Shown here piece by piece: positions 37,252-45,883 of a stretch of DNA of 45,883 nucleotides (position 1 is the stretch's first letter; each line of letters begins with the position of its first letter). Source of the stretch: Trichomonas gallinae (lineage: Eukaryota); contig MRSU01000670.1 in assembly GCA_008369845.1 (NCBI GenBank), positions 1 to 45,883 on the forward strand, in the 5' to 3' direction. The notes under the pieces are model-generated. The model searched no databases. It was not told the origin of the DNA and saw only the letters and a list, made by a program, of their open reading frames with translations. The translations under genes were made by a program, and so were the position numbers.

Positions 37252-38222
37252 GCTTCGCTTTTGTCTAAACAATCCCTATTTCTTAATTTTAATAAAATAA
37301 CTGCTATTTACCGAGAGCATTTAGAAATTCTACTACCAAAATATTACATCACATATTCTAATTGCTTGATATTTTCCTATAAAATATTTTATTAGCTTAC
37401 GTCTATGAATATTTCAATATTATTTGTAGTCAGTTTTCTTTGTAGTGCATAATTCCTTAATTAGATTTGCACAGTGATAATTTTCAATATTTAATTTTTT
37501 ATTTAGCCAAAAACTTATGTCCACTGTAAATATATCAAAAGTTTACCAACTTATTTATAAAAAATTAGCGAATTAAAGCTACACAATATATGTAAAAACA
37601 ATTAATTAAATAAAAATCCAATAATGACTATGTCTAATATTGAATCTCTTCGTATTATAATAAGAAGTGATATCCTGAATATCTGCAAAGTATGGAAAAA
37701 TTACCAAGGATATTTCATGAATTTCATAATTAATATCGAATTTTAATGAATTATTATAGCAAACAAGATTATGAGTAGATAGAATTCATCTCAACAATAA
37801 CTAATAAGACGCAAAAATACTCCTAAAACTATATTAATTAGGAGAGAATAAAATATGACAAAAATTTAATCTTGTAAAATAAAAGTGTCAAAAATATTTT
37901 TCAGTAAATTCCTCAAAGAATCTCAACAGTTGTCTACACGTTTAACGACAATATTCATCATATATTGTTGAAATGTAGTTACATATTTTGTAGATTTCTT
38001 TAACGAAGCAATTTTTGAAAATATATTTAATAAACACCCTATTTCTAATAAATCATCTTTAGAACAGATTATATGGTAGTATTTTAAACTATTTGTTAAT
38101 TCATTTTATAATAATAAATTGTTTATTAAATTGGTGAACATTTGGATGCGTTGCATTAGCAGCATACCACATATAGAACAACAATTTTATGGGATAAATA
38201 CATAGTTCCGTATGATTACAAT

Positions 38223-38927
38223 TTACTTTAATGATAGCTTGAGATAGTTGCCTCTGCGTGTTTGATTCAGAGTCTCATCATAGAGGTAGCTCCAGCTTCC
38301 TGGAGATGAGATCTCAACATCGTCGCCATCAGAATCTTCCAAAATTAATGTTTCTGTAGGATGCAAGACATTGAAAATAAGTTCTTTTCCTTTCTCAAAA
38401 TCAAGTTTCTCTGGCAAATTCAGCAGCACGCCATACTCAAACTCTGGTGTGCAGAGTAGTACAACACGTGATACTTTTGTGATCGGAGTCTCAAACAAAT
38501 CGTTTGGTGTAATGATAGGTAGTTGTGTTTCAGTAACGAGTTCGATCTGAATCGGGTTAATTTGATTTACCGAACAATAATGCGCCATTATATTAAAATC
38601 GTTATTGTTACGAAGTAACGCGCTGGAGCCATTTGTCATTACGAAGCGCAACATGCATGAATCTGGTGCTTTGAAAACAGATTTCATTTTTCCTTGAAGC
38701 AAGCTCAATGTTGAACCGTTTAATTTAAGAAAAACCTTCTTTCCTGGTATGAGACTGCTAGTGATAGAAACAGAATCCATGATATTTACTTGGGCATTCG
38801 ATTGGGCATATTGCTTTTTTAATTCGTCCGCTTCTTGCTGTAATTTCTTATGGTTTGCCTCCTCGAGATAAATGAGGGATTCAATATGAGATTGGATTGC
38901 GTTTGGATCGTTCAAAAGCTCTCCCAT
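38223..38927 (-). CDS. Protein with an N-terminal coiled coil and PB1-like domain(s), 234 aa
   Basis: LEDSDGDDVEISS matches the PB1 acidic OPCA motif; a second, degenerate ubiquitin-fold-like unit may precede it. Confidence 0.75.
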   Translation of the reverse strand: MGELLNDPNAIQSHIESLIYLEEANHKKLQQEADELKKQYAQSNAQVNIMDSVSITSSLIPGKKVFLKLNGSTLSLLQGKMKSVFKAPDSCMLRFVMTNGSSALLRNNNDFNIMAHYCSVNQINPIQIELVTETQLPIITPNDLFETPITKVSRVVLLCTPEFEYGVLLNLPEKLDFEKGKELIFNVLHPTETLILEDSDGDDVEISSPGSWSYLYDETLNQTRRGNYLKLSLK

Positions 38928-39702
38928 TTCTGTATATTCGAAATATAAATTTTTACTTTTTGAAAAATTAAATTTTTTTCACTTCACCAGCAGAATTTTA
39001 TTCAATTTATGACACGTAAAATCTTATTTTTATTTTTGTTGTCAAATTCGTTTTTATCAGATATTTTATTTAGTCAAATCCCAACTAATATTTTTTCAAT
39101 GTTTTAAAATAACGTTATATTATAATATTTTTGTCATGTAAATAATTTATGAATTTGTCTATTTTCTTTAATATATAAGCTTGTTTAATGCTATGTAATC
39201 GTAATATTCGTTTTATTTTGATTTCTCTTAATTTACAGTTTTTTTGTCACGTAAATCATCTAATTTTTTATTTCATTTCTGGACAATGAATTCAAAATCT
39301 TCATTGGGAGAATAGCATTAATATGACGTTATAAAGCTAGATAATGATAAATCTTTAAATTTGTATCAATTTCAACACTTCAAAAACGTGTTCAAGATAA
39401 GATCTCAAGTGATAAGTCATTAAATACTCACGCTTTAAACATTACATATGAGAATTTTAACACTATCTCTCTAAAATATTAATTTTGGATTGAAATTTTA
39501 ATGTATTTGACTGTTAAACCACATCAATACCTGATATTCTATATAATCATGATAATGAATCCATTCACAATGTTTGATTTTGATTTTTCTATTTTATGGA
39601 TTCAATTCATGTTTTATTTATGATATAATTTGGTAATTTATTATAAAAGCCATTCATTTACTTTCACCTCAAATTAAATTCTAAACTATAAAACTAACAT
39701 AA

Positions 39703-42513
39703 TTATTTCATTATATCAGCTGGGTTGATAGTAATAAACTTATTATTAGATGTGTAGAAATCAATTGGACCGCTTGGGCCCTGCTTTGATGAGAACTTCG
39801 GGAAATATTGCGCGTTTTGGGCGAGTAAATCTATCGGAATATTGATCTTATCATGTGGACTTGGCTTCGCTTTCGATGTCTGCTCGAGCAAATCCATGAA
39901 TTCATTCTTCTCCCTATTGAAAGATGCTTCGTAGAGTTCATCAGCGTTATCTTCTTCTTCAGAGTCTGTCGACGGCTCAGCGACAATCTCCAACCTATTC
40001 TTAACGATCTGTATTGGCTTACGCAGGCAGTGCAACTCGTAGTCAGTGCGCGGATCTTCTCTGATCAACTTAGCATCAGCTGTTGACTCAATGCGCGGGA
40101 TCTTGAGGTCCTTGAGAGTGTCGAGTATTTCGGAAATCCTGAAAGCAACATTAGCTGGAATTGGCGTGCGGCAAATAGTATATATTTGCATGTGAGTGAC
40201 TAATTTGATTAATTGCTGATGATACCTGCTCTCGCTGAAAATTGGTAGCAATGTTTCGATCATCCTCGCGACAATGAAGATCCTGCGGAAGTCCCTGTTC
40301 GCTGTCTTGACTGACTGCTTTCCTGGACGCTCGATCTTGATCAACATGTGGCTCGGCGGCGGAGAATTAAACGATAAAATGAAGTTTGCGAAGTTATAGC
40401 AATCCTCGAACGAAACAACTTTGGCGACACAAAGCTCAGCCAAGAACCTAGACTCCATAAGAAGCCTCTGCTTGTAGTTAGTGTTCGGACACTCCAAGAA
40501 CCTCCTGACTCTCTCGCAAACAATGTCGGCGACTTGCATGCCGAATATAGGATAAGTCTTCGAAAAGCTAAAGACAAATTTAGCGAGTCCGCCAAGCTGA
40601 GCCGCGCTGAATGCGTTCAAGTCTAAAACAAGCTTAAGGACGAACTTCATGTCAACGTGAGTAGTTTCGTAGTTGTTCATGAGCTTTTCGATGTATTTAG
40701 TTGCTCTTCTCGGGAATTCGTTCTTGTCGATTTCGCTCTTGAAGAAATATGTGATGAAGGCCTGGTACTCGTTGTAGGAGTTCGCGTAGAAGACTGGTGT
40801 GCTCTCTTGTTCTGGCGGATCAATCGAATTAATCGTTTGTTCGACCATGTTGACTGCGTATTGATGTGTGGCAATTTCTGGCTTGCGGCGGCCCATTTCT
40901 TCAAGAACTGACCTGATGTTTGTGTGTGTTTGGTCGCAATATTTGTCGAAGAACTTGCCGCTGATGTTTAACAATGTGCAAAGCATTTCCGCTGTGCGAG
41001 GACGGAAATATTGCAATGTAATTGAGATGCAGTCGAAATAATCTTCGATGCCGATTTTGAAATGAGCTAACTCTGCAATATAGCGCGCTAGATGCAGTTT
41101 AACAGCAGCATTGATCTTCGGGGAAGCAGCAGCAATGATGTATCTCCTGTAATCTTCGCAAAGATTTTTCATAATTGCGGGGCCAACTTCAGGGAAGACT
41201 TGGTTCACGTCTGCGACGAAGCGGGCGAGATATTTGGCCTGATTTCCTTTGTTCTTGTTGATGTTGGAGAATAACTGGATGAGAATTGGGCGAATTTCTT
41301 CATTATCAATTAAATGATAGTGTCTAGCTAAAGTATCGATGCGGATGGAGTCTGTAGCGCGGTCTACTTCAATTCTAACCTGGTGGATGTCGAATCCGAG
41401 CGGCTCAACAAGATTTACTTCCATATCAGCAAGAATATCATAGAAATTATCAACATTTGGAACAGAAACTGAAACCGAGGCCTGCTTCTGCTCTCTTGCC
41501 TCCTTAAGAAGTCTCGCTGGGACCTTAATAATTCCATCAATTGTTGATAATTCGGACATTTCTTCTGTATCGACCCACATATCTGGCACCTCCTTGTTCA
41601 CGAGGAATCCCAGGCACTGGGCCATCTCACGGAGCTCGTCATACTCGCGGCGATTCTCTTTTGCATCTTGCATGTCGCCGGAATTGATTGATCCAAACCT
41701 GACGATCAACTCGTAGGCCTTTTCAAAGTTCGCGCGGCCTTCCTCCATCTTCTTGTTCATTGAATCAAGCAAAGATTTGAAATATCCGAAAATTTCCTTC
41801 TTTAGCGGGCTGATTGGTGATTGCGGGAAGATTGGGTCAATGACAGTGTTTTCACCGCGAGAAACGCCGAAAATATCACCGCCAGCGTATTTAATCAAAC
41901 CCCAAAGGAATTGGAAGTTATTGTACTGTTCTGCTGATACATCCGTCTGTATGGCGTTGTTAAGGATGCCAACAAGTGGTGTCGCTGACCTCAAAACGTG
42001 AACAATTAATAAATCAATTAAAACGCAAACGTAAATCCTTCTGCGTGGTGTGTCTTCGCTGCTTTCACACTCTTTGATGATGCGTGGAGCAATCATTGGC
42101 ACGAATTCCTTGTAAAATTGGTGTAAAATTGATACAATTTCAACAAAAGCAGGGATATCAACCAATGTAAGCTTAGCCGACATCAAGTTTGAGACTGACT
42201 CTTCTAAAAACTTCGTTAATTTCACTGACTTGATTTGCTGAATGATTTGATCTTTATTTTCGCGATTAATTGATGCTAATCTTTGATAACAGGATTTAGT
42301 AGCGCGCATAATATCATTTGCACTCATTCCTTTTGTATTTAGTTTTGGTCCATCGTCGAATGTTCCTCCTAATAAATCATCGAAATCATCACCACTCTTT
42401 TTTGAGTAGCGCTTCCACGCGTCATCGTTGTCTTTAACCAATTTCTTGTACGCGTCTGCTCTCTGTTTGCGAAATTCGAGATCTTCTGGCGAGCGTGTGA
42501 AATTTTCAGTCAT
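39703..42513 (-). CDS. UPF2: Nonsense-mediated decay factor Upf2 (three MIF4G domains)
   Basis: IKSVKLTKFLEESVSNLMSAKL..DI.AFVEIVSILHQFYKEF, ARYIAELAHFK, QRLLMESRFLAEL; acidic linker then KINIP near the C-terminus. Confidence 0.9.
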   Translation of the reverse strand: MTENFTRSPEDLEFRKQRADAYKKLVKDNDDAWKRYSKKSGDDFDDLLGGTFDDGPKLNTKGMSANDIMRATKSCYQRLASINRENKDQIIQQIKSVKLTKFLEESVSNLMSAKLTLVDIPAFVEIVSILHQFYKEFVPMIAPRIIKECESSEDTPRRRIYVCVLIDLLIVHVLRSATPLVGILNNAIQTDVSAEQYNNFQFLWGLIKYAGGDIFGVSRGENTVIDPIFPQSPISPLKKEIFGYFKSLLDSMNKKMEEGRANFEKAYELIVRFGSINSGDMQDAKENRREYDELREMAQCLGFLVNKEVPDMWVDTEEMSELSTIDGIIKVPARLLKEAREQKQASVSVSVPNVDNFYDILADMEVNLVEPLGFDIHQVRIEVDRATDSIRIDTLARHYHLIDNEEIRPILIQLFSNINKNKGNQAKYLARFVADVNQVFPEVGPAIMKNLCEDYRRYIIAAASPKINAAVKLHLARYIAELAHFKIGIEDYFDCISITLQYFRPRTAEMLCTLLNISGKFFDKYCDQTHTNIRSVLEEMGRRKPEIATHQYAVNMVEQTINSIDPPEQESTPVFYANSYNEYQAFITYFFKSEIDKNEFPRRATKYIEKLMNNYETTHVDMKFVLKLVLDLNAFSAAQLGGLAKFVFSFSKTYPIFGMQVADIVCERVRRFLECPNTNYKQRLLMESRFLAELCVAKVVSFEDCYNFANFILSFNSPPPSHMLIKIERPGKQSVKTANRDFRRIFIVARMIETLLPIFSESRYHQQLIKLVTHMQIYTICRTPIPANVAFRISEILDTLKDLKIPRIESTADAKLIREDPRTDYELHCLRKPIQIVKNRLEIVAEPSTDSEEEDNADELYEASFNREKNEFMDLLEQTSKAKPSPHDKINIPIDLLAQNAQYFPKFSSKQGPSGPIDFYTSNNKFITINPADIMK

Positions 42514-43126
42514 TTTCTTATTCTTCTAGTCAGGAATTCAATTTACAAAACACTTTAGATGTCATAAATAGTTTACACGACAATTTTTATTTTACAAAAC
42601 AAATATCATTTTACATGGCAAAATTTTAATATCATAATTTTCTACATATTTAAAAACAAAGTTGAAGCAGCATATATAAATGTTTTTGAAGGACTAAACT
42701 CGGATATAATATACTAAAACAGCTGCTGAGTATGTTATATGAACTTGTATTCATATTATCGTTCAATTATATGCTTTCATTAATAAATTAAAATCTCGTG
42801 ATTATTTTTCAATTTTCATTTTTTTATTTTGAATTTAATTTATAATATAAATAGCAAATATTGCAAAGAGAAAGCTGCCGTTAAATGAGATGCATCTCAC
42901 ACACCGTTTGGATCACGCCAGATCATTTATTATTCATATTTTTACATTCAGGAAAAATGATTCTTATTTTGTGTATCTTATTCTCTTTGCTGTAATTATA
43001 ATAAAATAGAAACATTAATAGAACAGTTTTTGATGATTAGAACTGCCTTGATAGCTTGATTTTGATACATAGGATTAATAAGATTTCATAGATTAATAAA
43101 GCAAAAATATAAAAAGATGTTTAGTT

Positions 43127-45097
43127 TTATTTTCCTTTCTTCGGAGGTGGCTTCTTAACAGGTTTAGCGATTTCTTTTCCTTTCTTCGCCTTTGATGCGG
43201 CAGATTCTTTTCCATTCGCCGTAGCATCAGCATCTTTGTTCGGCGGCACAACTGGCTCAGTATAGAGCTCGTTGTTGAGCCACTTGTTGTACCATTCTTC
43301 AAATGACGAGAGGATTGATGTTCTAATTGCTCCGCACTTCTCCTTGAGGCTGTCTATCTCAGCCTGCGTCTTCTGTATGGCTGCATAGCCCTCCTTATAC
43401 GCCTGCTTCTGCTTGAGTTCCTCATCGAGAAGAGCTGCATCATTCTCGAAGAGTCTCTTTGCCTGTCTGATTCCCTTCTCGTCGATCTCTTTGTCGAGGG
43501 CAACAATCTTCTCCTGGAGCGCGTTGATTCTTTCGACGGACTCCTTCTTCTGCTGGACAAGCTGCTTCGTCGTCTTCTTCGCTTCAATGAGCTCTGTGGC
43601 TTGTGTTTTGCCGTCGCGAAGTTTGTAAATCTCGAAGAGTTGCTCCTTAGTAGGAACGGCAGGATTATCTGCCCTTCCACCAGTCTGGTTGCCTCCGCGG
43701 TCCATCTTCGCGACTGTTCTGATGTTGCACGGCCTGTCTTGCGATGGTGCAACACCAATGGAGAAGCCAGCACCGTCGATTGTTCCGACATCTTTTGGAG
43801 CTTTGACATTTTTGACTCTCTCTGTAAGTGTGAAATTCTTGCTGACTTCGCGCATTATTGCGTTCGGAATATCAATGTAACGCTTCTTAATTTCGGCAAA
43901 AATCGCTTTGATGTGCGCAACGCTTTGTAGAGGCAACGTATCGATTTCGTCGTTGAGGAAGAGTCCAACTAGATCTGCAACGTGTTGCTCATCTTCTTGT
44001 TTGAGGCCATCAACTTTGATATTTCCTCCAAGCTCGCTCTGCAGCTCTGTCTCTGCTTCGAGTGTTTCTAACTCCTCCTGGAGACGCTCAATGCGCAGTT
44101 CAAGTGGTTCCATTGTGTTTACTTTAGCATCATTAAAAACTTTGCTTAATTCGTTCGCAAATTGGAATGTTGAGATCGTTTCTCTGTTGTTTTGCTTCTC
44201 AGGCCAAACGTTTGCTATAATAGAAGTCCTGCAATTGCCTCCAATCGCATCACGAAGTAAATATGTTAGTTTCGAGCGTCTGAACGGTAGATGTTTTGTG
44301 TCTTGTGAGATAATTGAAACGACAAGCTGTTGTAGGTAAGAAATTGATTTGTTAACGTATGCGCAATCTCCAGCTTCTTCTGCTGCAGCGAGATCGAGCA
44401 GAAGCAGCCTGGAGTGCGTCATCCTTGTTCCCTTGCGGCCTACGAGATCTAGAATAAAAACGCAGTGGCTGCGATGAACAGCGCGTCCGTATTTATGTTC
44501 TGCGAGATGTAGTTTAGAATCACCATCAATAAGTTTGGTCAACGCTGTATGCACATCTGTTACTTTATGTTCTGATAGGTTTTGAATGTATGGGTTGCCT
44601 TCTTCGTCCTCTGCGATTTGCATTTCCTTATTATCGTCGCTGAGGAGATCGTAGATAAGATCATTGAATATCTGGCAGTATTGCATTGTTATCGTGAATT
44701 GGATTGTCTTGAATTTCTCAAGTTCTGTAAAAATGTATGAAATTGCTCTTGGAACGATACCACGATATTTGAAGTGTCTAATTCCACCAAACATGGTGAA
44801 AGTTTTACCCGCACCACGCTGACCGAACGAGAAAATGCATCCGTTGTATCCTTGAATGAAAGAATCGACAATTTCACGCGCAGCTTCTTCGAAAACTATT
44901 TCTTGGCTGACGTTATGTAATATACTGTGGAATTTAAACGAATAATTGCATTCTGGAGTGTTTAAGAAATTTAATGGATCGGATTTATCAATATTTACTG
45001 CAACTGTCTGATGGTCATCCAATATCTTGATATTCTCACCTGCAAAATCTGTTGTTGGGCGCGTCCTTATATATATTTTAATCGGAAGCGCCGACAT
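43127..45097 (-). CDS. KIF9: Kinesin-9 family protein (KIF9-like) with degenerate switch motifs
   Basis: IRTRPTTDFA, GYNGCIFSFGQRGAGKTFTM, RGIVPRA, HLPFRRSKLTYLLRDAIGGNCRT; KIF9-type tail blocks GFSIGVAP and FEEWYN. Confidence 0.88.
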   Translation of the reverse strand: MSALPIKIYIRTRPTTDFAGENIKILDDHQTVAVNIDKSDPLNFLNTPECNYSFKFHSILHNVSQEIVFEEAAREIVDSFIQGYNGCIFSFGQRGAGKTFTMFGGIRHFKYRGIVPRAISYIFTELEKFKTIQFTITMQYCQIFNDLIYDLLSDDNKEMQIAEDEEGNPYIQNLSEHKVTDVHTALTKLIDGDSKLHLAEHKYGRAVHRSHCVFILDLVGRKGTRMTHSRLLLLDLAAAEEAGDCAYVNKSISYLQQLVVSIISQDTKHLPFRRSKLTYLLRDAIGGNCRTSIIANVWPEKQNNRETISTFQFANELSKVFNDAKVNTMEPLELRIERLQEELETLEAETELQSELGGNIKVDGLKQEDEQHVADLVGLFLNDEIDTLPLQSVAHIKAIFAEIKKRYIDIPNAIMREVSKNFTLTERVKNVKAPKDVGTIDGAGFSIGVAPSQDRPCNIRTVAKMDRGGNQTGGRADNPAVPTKEQLFEIYKLRDGKTQATELIEAKKTTKQLVQQKKESVERINALQEKIVALDKEIDEKGIRQAKRLFENDAALLDEELKQKQAYKEGYAAIQKTQAEIDSLKEKCGAIRTSILSSFEEWYNKWLNNELYTEPVVPPNKDADATANGKESAASKAKKGKEIAKPVKKPPPKKGK

Positions 45098-45806
45098 TTT
45101 TTTTTTGCAGAAGAAAACTAACGGAAGATAATCGTTTTCCCCTCAATTTTATTTTTCATGATTTTACGGGTGTGACAGCTAGACTTTAGTGTCATTTTTC
45201 GACTTTACATGTATTTATTCAAGCACTACAAAATGAGACTCTCATTTTTCTTGATGCACTTCGGTACAGGACAATCTATATATATATAAAGAATACTTTA
45301 TGCACTTTGCATAAGATAAATGAACATTATAATAGTTTCACATTTTTGCTAACAATGAATCTTCTTGAAAAATCAGGTTTCATAAAACTTTGATAAAAAG
45401 TGAGATTTCTGACATGTAAACTATTTATATTTCGACTAAATATGATTATAATAGAGAATAGTTGTTTTTCCTATTTATATAAAATCAAAATAATAATTAC
45501 TTATTTTGTTTAATTAGAATAGTTGTAAACGAACAAATGTGCTTATTCGAATAAAAATTTCGATAATATCGAATATAGTAAATATATGCTGTGCCTATGT
45601 ATATTGAATGAAGTGATTGATATTAATCAGTATATGCGCTCATATTTACTATATTATATATTATCAAATCATGATCTTAATAAAAGAAGGAATTGAACAA
45701 AAATAACACTGAAAACAATTCATTTAATACATAAAACAGTATGTAGTAATAGCAATAGTCAATTAAAGATTCTAGAACATTTTCGAAAAAAAAATAATCG
45801 TCTTTT

Positions 45807-45883
45807 TTAAGGGTGCACCGTACTGTACGTTAAGCCTCAAAAATGGAAAAATGGGGGCTTAGGGAAAGTCCCTGAATATTTAA
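45807..45883. mobile_element. Probable terminus of a TTAA-targeting DNA transposon (Kolobok-like), truncated by the window edge
   Basis: Abrupt AT-to-GC switch at TTAA|GGGTGCACCG (45807-45810|45811). A purine start after TTAA fits Kolobok rather than piggyBac (CC). Only one end is visible. Confidence 0.5.

Noticed and set aside
7717..44877. Many 60-215 aa ORFs overlapping long genes (e.g. 7717-8304, 13750-14142, 18392-19039, 43354-43809, 43908-44339)
   Set aside because: Antisense or alternate-frame shadows of well-supported genes, concentrated where codon bias removes stops; no motifs recognised.

Overview
A gene-dense, AT-rich eukaryotic window with no introns that I could detect. The standard genetic code is used (TAA, TAG and TGA all end genes). 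Initiator-like TCAY(W) sites and M3-like DRCSGYTD sites sit just upstream of several ATGs, several stops overlap TAAA, and signal peptides are very short. Together these point to a trichomonad parabasalid (Trichomonas-like); this is inference. About 20 protein genes are present: a divergent CK1-family kinase, Raptor, profilin, Vps35, a receptor with about five MRH (mannose-6-phosphate receptor homology) domains, ARM/HEAT proteins, a 2,046-aa USP deubiquitinase, a MATE transporter, two ankyrin proteins, a PB1 protein, Upf2, a kinesin-9 (KIF9-like) and several hypotheticals. No rRNA, tRNA or CRISPR feature is supported, and I see no multi-gene novel system. The most notable unexplained signals are: a 37-aa SMIM30/DUF4730-like microprotein; a KIF9 with degenerate switch I and II motifs; a recurrent promoter-proximal 11-mer (TGWCRYGTAAA); an unannotated pseudogenic fragment of a second Raptor paralogue; two head-to-head genes about 23 bp apart, one apparently lacking its ATG; a ~120-nt intergenic hairpin; and probable DNA-transposon termini at both window edges. 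All family calls come from motif recognition by eye, not database searches.
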